Assembly (NCBI GenBank): GCA_965203485.1
Contig: OZ241892.1
Span: 1,888,001-1,952,000, forward strand
Source of the DNA: Longimicrobiales bacterium
GTDB taxonomy: Bacteria > Gemmatimonadota > Gemmatimonadetes > Longimicrobiales > Gaopeijiaceae
Reading direction: 5' to 3'
DNA: 64,000 nucleotides
The translations under genes and the position numbers were made by a program. Positions 59,757 to 64,000 of the stretch are shown piece after piece (the first letter of the stretch is position 1; each line of letters opens with the position of its first letter). Below the pieces are notes generated by a model. That model saw only the letters and a list, made by a program, of their open reading frames with translations, searched no databases and was not told the origin of the DNA.

Positions 59757-60695
59757 TCAGAGGAAGACGTAGGGGAGGGTGGACGGGACCGGCGAATGCG
59801 CCTGCCGTGAAGCAGGCGAGGGCGGCGCGCACGACTGGGCGGCGGGCGAGCGAGCCGACTCGGGAAGGTGCGCCCATCGCTCCAGCGCGAGCGCGACGAG
59901 CTTGAGGATTTCGGCTGGCGTGCGAATGCCGACCAGGCCGTCCAGCTCCGCGCCGGGCAGGCCGGTGGAGAACTCGTCGCCGCCCTCCCTTGCGGGCGCA
60001 GTCGTCCACGACGACAGGGAGTCCAGGCGTTGCGGAGGAGCCGCAATTACTCCGTAGCCCGGCCGGCCTTGCCGCATGCCGGTGACGGCGGTCGCGTGGA
60101 AGGCGCCGTCCGGGGAGGCCGCCCAAAAGAAGCCGTCCACGGACTCGGGGCGTTCGGCGCCCGCCTCCTCGGCCCACACCATGTGTTGGGGCAACTGCAC
60201 GTAGCCGGCTCTGTCCCGAAGCGCGGATGCCCAACCGGGCTTCGGCGCGTCACCCGCGGGCCGATCGCCGGGAATCGAGCACGAACGGCCTCCACGCGTT
60301 CCCGGATCGTCGTCCGAAGTGCCGTCGGCCAGAAGGCTCCGCAATGTGCGCCGGGCGGCCAAGGCCACGACCGGGCTGTCATGCAAGCGCATCGTCCGCC
60401 ACATGCAAAAGGCGAAGAACAGGACCTCGGCATGCGCATGGGCATCCTCGAGCGGCGAAGCAGTCGGCGCGGCGCCTGCGGGCGCGACGGCGGCCGACTC
60501 GCCGTCGTCCGGGCGCAAGTCCGCCAGGACTCCCTGCACCGGCCCCGACATCGCGAAGGCCGCGGGGTTGTGCAAGTCCGTCCCCCGCGCCCCGGCTTCG
60601 GCTTCGATCGCGGGGAAGCGTTCGTCCGCGAAATCCGGGCGGGGCAAGAGCACTTCGTAAGGCGTCAGCCGGGCGAACGCGTCGTGAACCGCCAT
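59757..60695 (-). CDS. Hypothetical protein
   Basis: MAVHDAFARLTPYEVLL...GYVQLPQHMVW...PESVDGFFW...GAELDGLVGI; starts 16 nt after the NSS transporter stop. Confidence 0.7.
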   Translation of the reverse strand: MAVHDAFARLTPYEVLLPRPDFADERFPAIEAEAGARGTDLHNPAAFAMSGPVQGVLADLRPDDGESAAVAPAGAAPTASPLEDAHAHAEVLFFAFCMWRTMRLHDSPVVALAARRTLRSLLADGTSDDDPGTRGGRSCSIPGDRPAGDAPKPGWASALRDRAGYVQLPQHMVWAEEAGAERPESVDGFFWAASPDGAFHATAVTGMRQGRPGYGVIAAPPQRLDSLSSWTTAPAREGGDEFSTGLPGAELDGLVGIRTPAEILKLVALALERWAHLPESARSPAAQSCAPPSPASRQAHSPVPSTLPYVFL

Positions 60696-60711
60696 TTCGG
60701 GAACGCCGCGG

Positions 60712-62169
60712 TCACCCGTCCCCGGCGGCCTGGGCGCGCCGCGCCAGCCAGCGGTTGGCAACCAGGAGAACGGCGATCACGACGGCGAACTGGATCACCA
60801 CGGTGCCCACGTTGTAGCGCGACATCAGCGTCCACGTCTCCGCGAAGCCCTTGCCGCGGGAGGCTTCCCACAGCCACCATCCCAGGAGCGCCACGGCTTC
60901 GACGGCCACCAAGCGGATCGCCCAGTCCCACCAGCGTCCCACTCGAACGTCGGAATCCGCCGTGTCCACGAACGATTCGCGCCACTTCGTCACGCCGTAC
61001 TTGAGCACGGCGAAGGCGAAGAAGAGCCCCGTCAGCATGAGGCCCACGCCCCAGACCCAGTCCTGATTCTGGAAGACGCCCATCTGAAGCGCCGACGGAA
61101 TGCCCAACAGGAAACCGGCCGTGCCGACCGCCGCGACGGCGCGCTTCCGGGCCAGCCCCAAGTCCATGAGCACGCGCGTGGAAAGTTCGATCATCGCCAC
61201 CAAGCTGGACCACGCCGCGAAGACGAGCGCCAAGAAGAACAGAGCCATGAAGAACTGCCCGCCCGGGATCCGGGCGAAGAGTTGCGGCACCCATACGAAG
61301 GTCAGGCCCTCGTTGCCCGCTCCCACGATCTCGTCCGCCGCCTCGGGCATCACCGAGAAGATCGTGCACAGCACCATGATCCCGGCCAGGAGCGACATCG
61401 AGTTGTTGCCGAAGCCGATGACGAAGGCGTTGAGGGACGTGTCCTCCTTGGACCTCATGTAGATCGCGTAGGACAGAACCAAGCCCCATCCCGCGCCGGT
61501 GTCCCACGCGTTCTGGGTCAGCGCCTCCAGCCAGACCTTGGCGTCGCCGAGCGCGGAAAAGTCCGGCGTGAAGAGAAACGCGAGGCCGGCTTCGGCGCCG
61601 GGCAGCGTCACCGCCTTGACCGCAAGCACCAGAACAAGAATTACCAGCGACGGAATCAAGACCTTGGCCGCCTTTTCGATGCCGCGAACGCCCCTCAGCA
61701 CCACGAAGACGCCCATCGCCATGGCCAAGCCGTGGAACCCGACCGCCTGCCACGTCGAGTTGAAGGCGTCCCAGAACTGCGTCGGAGCGCCGGCGGGCGA
61801 CGGAATCTCGCCCGTCACCGTGGCGACGAAGAAGCGAATCGTCCAGCCCATGACGACCGTGTAGTAGAACAAGATGGCGGTGGCCACCCACGCCACCCAC
61901 GCGCCCATCCAAGCGAACTTCGGCCCGACCGTCTTGACGAAGGACCCGATCGCGCCCCGGCGCGTCGCCTTCGCCATCCCAAACTCGAGGACGAGCAACG
62001 GAACCGACCAAAGAAGCAAGAAAACCGCCCACGCCACGAGAAACTCCCCGCCGCCGTTCGACGCCGCGATCCGCGGAAACCGCCAAATGTTTCCGGTGCC
62101 GATCGCCATGCCCAGCATCGCCAGCAACATGCCCCAACGGGAAGAGAAGACTTGAGATCGGGTGGACAC
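60712..62169 (-). CDS. Sodium-dependent transporter (NSS/SNF family)
   Basis: FSSRWG, GMAIGTGNIWRFP, NGGGEF, FYYTVVMGW, GIEK and GLTFVWVPQLF motifs; many TM segments. Confidence 0.94.
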   Translation of the reverse strand: MSTRSQVFSSRWGMLLAMLGMAIGTGNIWRFPRIAASNGGGEFLVAWAVFLLLWSVPLLVLEFGMAKATRRGAIGSFVKTVGPKFAWMGAWVAWVATAILFYYTVVMGWTIRFFVATVTGEIPSPAGAPTQFWDAFNSTWQAVGFHGLAMAMGVFVVLRGVRGIEKAAKVLIPSLVILVLVLAVKAVTLPGAEAGLAFLFTPDFSALGDAKVWLEALTQNAWDTGAGWGLVLSYAIYMRSKEDTSLNAFVIGFGNNSMSLLAGIMVLCTIFSVMPEAADEIVGAGNEGLTFVWVPQLFARIPGGQFFMALFFLALVFAAWSSLVAMIELSTRVLMDLGLARKRAVAAVGTAGFLLGIPSALQMGVFQNQDWVWGVGLMLTGLFFAFAVLKYGVTKWRESFVDTADSDVRVGRWWDWAIRLVAVEAVALLGWWLWEASRGKGFAETWTLMSRYNVGTVVIQFAVVIAVLLVANRWLARRAQAAGDG

Positions 62170-62443
62170 GGCGAGAAGGCTCCTTTCGGGGGGGCGTGCG
62201 GAAACCACGAAACACCGGCCGGGCACGCTGAGACAGCGACCTCAACCGAGTCGCAGCGGTACCGAGCAACGAAGCCGCGGCCCGCCATCGTGGATCATAC
62301 GGCCGTGGGCCGCTCGCCGCCAGGTCGTCCGTCGCGCGGGGCGTCACTTCGGGCTCGCCGCGCCCCCGCCGTTCCGCTACGCCCCTTTGGGAAACCCAAG
62401 TGCGACAAAACCACCGTGTCCAGGACGCCGACGACGACGGTTC

Positions 62444-62478
62444 TTGATTCAGCCGCGATCTTCGGTAACGTTATCGGA
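62444..62478 (+). promoter_or_regulatory. Candidate promoter with overlapping imperfect palindrome upstream of the methyltransferase
   Basis: TTGATT-N16-TAACGT; TTCGGTAACGTTATCGGA (62461-62478) has a perfect TAACGTTA core. Confidence 0.4.
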
Positions 62479-62513
62479 CGCATGGTTCTCTTACCAGAAG
62501 ATGGAGGAAGATA

Positions 62514-64000
62514 ATGCCCAATGACCGAATCCTAACGTTGTCGGAGGCCGCAGACATGATCCGCGTCAGCACGCGAACCTTGGGCGACATGGCCCGTCGA
62601 CGCCGCGTCCCTGCTCGAAAGGTTGGCCGAGAATGGAGATTCCTTCAAAGCGCGTTGGAAGAATGGCTCGCAGACGCCACTGTAGCTCACCAGCACGATT
62701 CGCGTGTCGCAAAGGCGGCCGAACCCCAAATACAATACGAATTGCCGATCGCGGGTTTTGGAGATACCGCTTTTTCTGACAACCGCCAGCGGCGCTTGCA
62801 CCGATGGGTTCCCTGGGTCGCCGGCTTCTCGGGTTCCTTCGTCACCGGCGTCTTGAACAAGATTAGAACGAATGGCGAGTCTCTGCGGGTTCTCGATCCT
62901 TTCGCTGGCGTCGGCACCACTCTTGTCGAGGCAATGAAGGCCGGCGACGATGCGGTTGGCTTCGAAATCAATCCATACGCCGCGCTGGCTTGCAGGGTTA
63001 AGGCCAGCGTGGCCCTCTACGACGTCGAAAAGCTAACCGAAGCCATTGAGCGTTTCGACGACTATGCCGATGTCGCCTTGTGGAACAACATGCGTCCGGC
63101 GTCCCAGCCCCCTCCTGGATTCCGAAGCCGAGTCCCGTTCTTCAGTCCAAACGTCGAGCCGCAGGTCTTGGCCTGTCTTGATTTCATTGCGAATGAGCGT
63201 ACAGAATGGATTAGGGAGATATTTCAGCTGGCGCTGGGAGCTGTAATGGTAGGTTTTTCCAACTATTCGTACGAACCGAGCCTTGGTACACGCGCCGGTG
63301 CCGGCAAGCCCTGCGTAGACGATGCCGACGTTCCCGGCATCGTCAAGAGGAAACTCCGGGACATGTGCGAGGATATTGTGGACTACCAGCACCAGATCAC
63401 GCCTTCCGTGACGCCGAACGTTGCGGCGATTCATCCCCTATCGTACATGAAGCACGCCGATCGCATAGCGCCCGAGAGCGTTGATCTCATAATCACGTCT
63501 CCTCCGTATCTGAACAACTACCATTACATTCGTAATACTCGTCCACAGCTCTACTGGCTGGGACTTGTCGAGGGTGCTCCAGATCTCAAGTCCATTGAGC
63601 GCCATAGCTTTGGCCAGTTTTGGCAGACTGTGCGAACTGGACCGGAGGTGCACCTCAGACCACGTATTTCGCACTTGACCGACCAAATCAAAGAACTTCG
63701 AAACCGGAACATTGAGAAGGGCGCATATGGAGGGCCAGGGTGGGCCAACTACGCAACATCATATTTTAACGACTGTCAGAGTTTTTGCAGAATTACCAAG
63801 ACGCTCATGCGGCCGGGAGGAAGCGTAGTTGTCGTAATCGGAAACAACATTATACAGGGCATCGAATTCAAGACGGACAGGCTATTCGCAGAAATCGCGG
63901 AGAAAGAAGGATTTGAGATGGTCGACATCCATTTGGTGCGATCCAAGCGCACCGGAAACAGCGTCGTCAACTCGCCCGTGCGAGTCGGGAAGGTGTCCCA
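62514..64000 (+). CDS. Excisionase-like HTH fused to an amino-DNA methyltransferase (SPPY, likely N4-cytosine); 3' end beyond window
   Basis: Absent from the ORF track. GGAGG RBS; manual translation MPNDRILTLSEAADMIRVSTRTLGDMARRRRVPARKVGREWRFLQSALEEWL...HRWVPWVAGFS...VLDPFAGVGTTL...GFEINP...DLIITSPPYLNNY; visibly lower GC than the flanks. Confidence 0.9.
   Translation, partial: MPNDRILTLSEAADMIRVSTRTLGDMARRRRVPARKVGREWRFLQSALEEWLADATVAHQHDSRVAKAAEPQIQYELPIAGFGDTAFSDNRQRRLHRWVPWVAGFSGSFVTGVLNKIRTNGESLRVLDPFAGVGTTLVEAMKAGDDAVGFEINPYAALACRVKASVALYDVEKLTEAIERFDDYADVALWNNMRPASQPPPGFRSRVPFFSPNVEPQVLACLDFIANERTEWIREIFQLALGAVMVGFSNYSYEPSLGTRAGAGKPCVDDADVPGIVKRKLRDMCEDIVDYQHQITPSVTPNVAAIHPLSYMKHADRIAPESVDLIITSPPYLNNYHYIRNTRPQLYWLGLVEGAPDLKSIERHSFGQFWQTVRTGPEVHLRPRISHLTDQIKELRNRNIEKGAYGGPGWANYATSYFNDCQSFCRITKTLMRPGGSVVVVIGNNIIQGIEFKTDRLFAEIAEKEGFEMVDIHLVRSKRTGNSVVNSPVRVGKVS

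Overview
High-GC bacterial genomic window. SusC/SusD, several GEGPGEF-type beta-propeller lipoproteins and PD40-amidohydrolases in very GC-rich DNA suggest a Gemmatimonadota-like heterotroph (inference only). About 45 genes are readable. Housekeeping genes are rnz, apaG, arginase, nth and tRNA-Leu(TAA). Most of the rest encode exported peptide/amide hydrolases, amino-acid transporters and TonB-dependent systems. There are three restriction-modification-type loci: a decayed XamI-like pair, a Type IIG-like fusion, and an HTH-fused SPPY methyltransferase running off the right end. There is also an MNT-HEPN pair and an internally deleted IS1202/ISNCY-like remnant. The best candidate for an undescribed system is the tightly packed five-gene operon at 42573-48284: OlsB-like N-acyltransferase, OlsA/PlsC-like O-acyltransferase, DinB, NRDE/TANGO2, and an alpha/beta-hydrolase-DedA-ATP-grasp fusion. 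It looks like an amino/peptido-lipid synthesis, flipping and remodelling pathway. Other notable items are a SusCD pair bracketed by two di-heme (DUF1111-like) lipoproteins, a GPP34-cytochrome P450 fusion, and a 37-aa MetS-like small protein missing from the ORF track. All family assignments come from motif recognition by eye; no database search was run.
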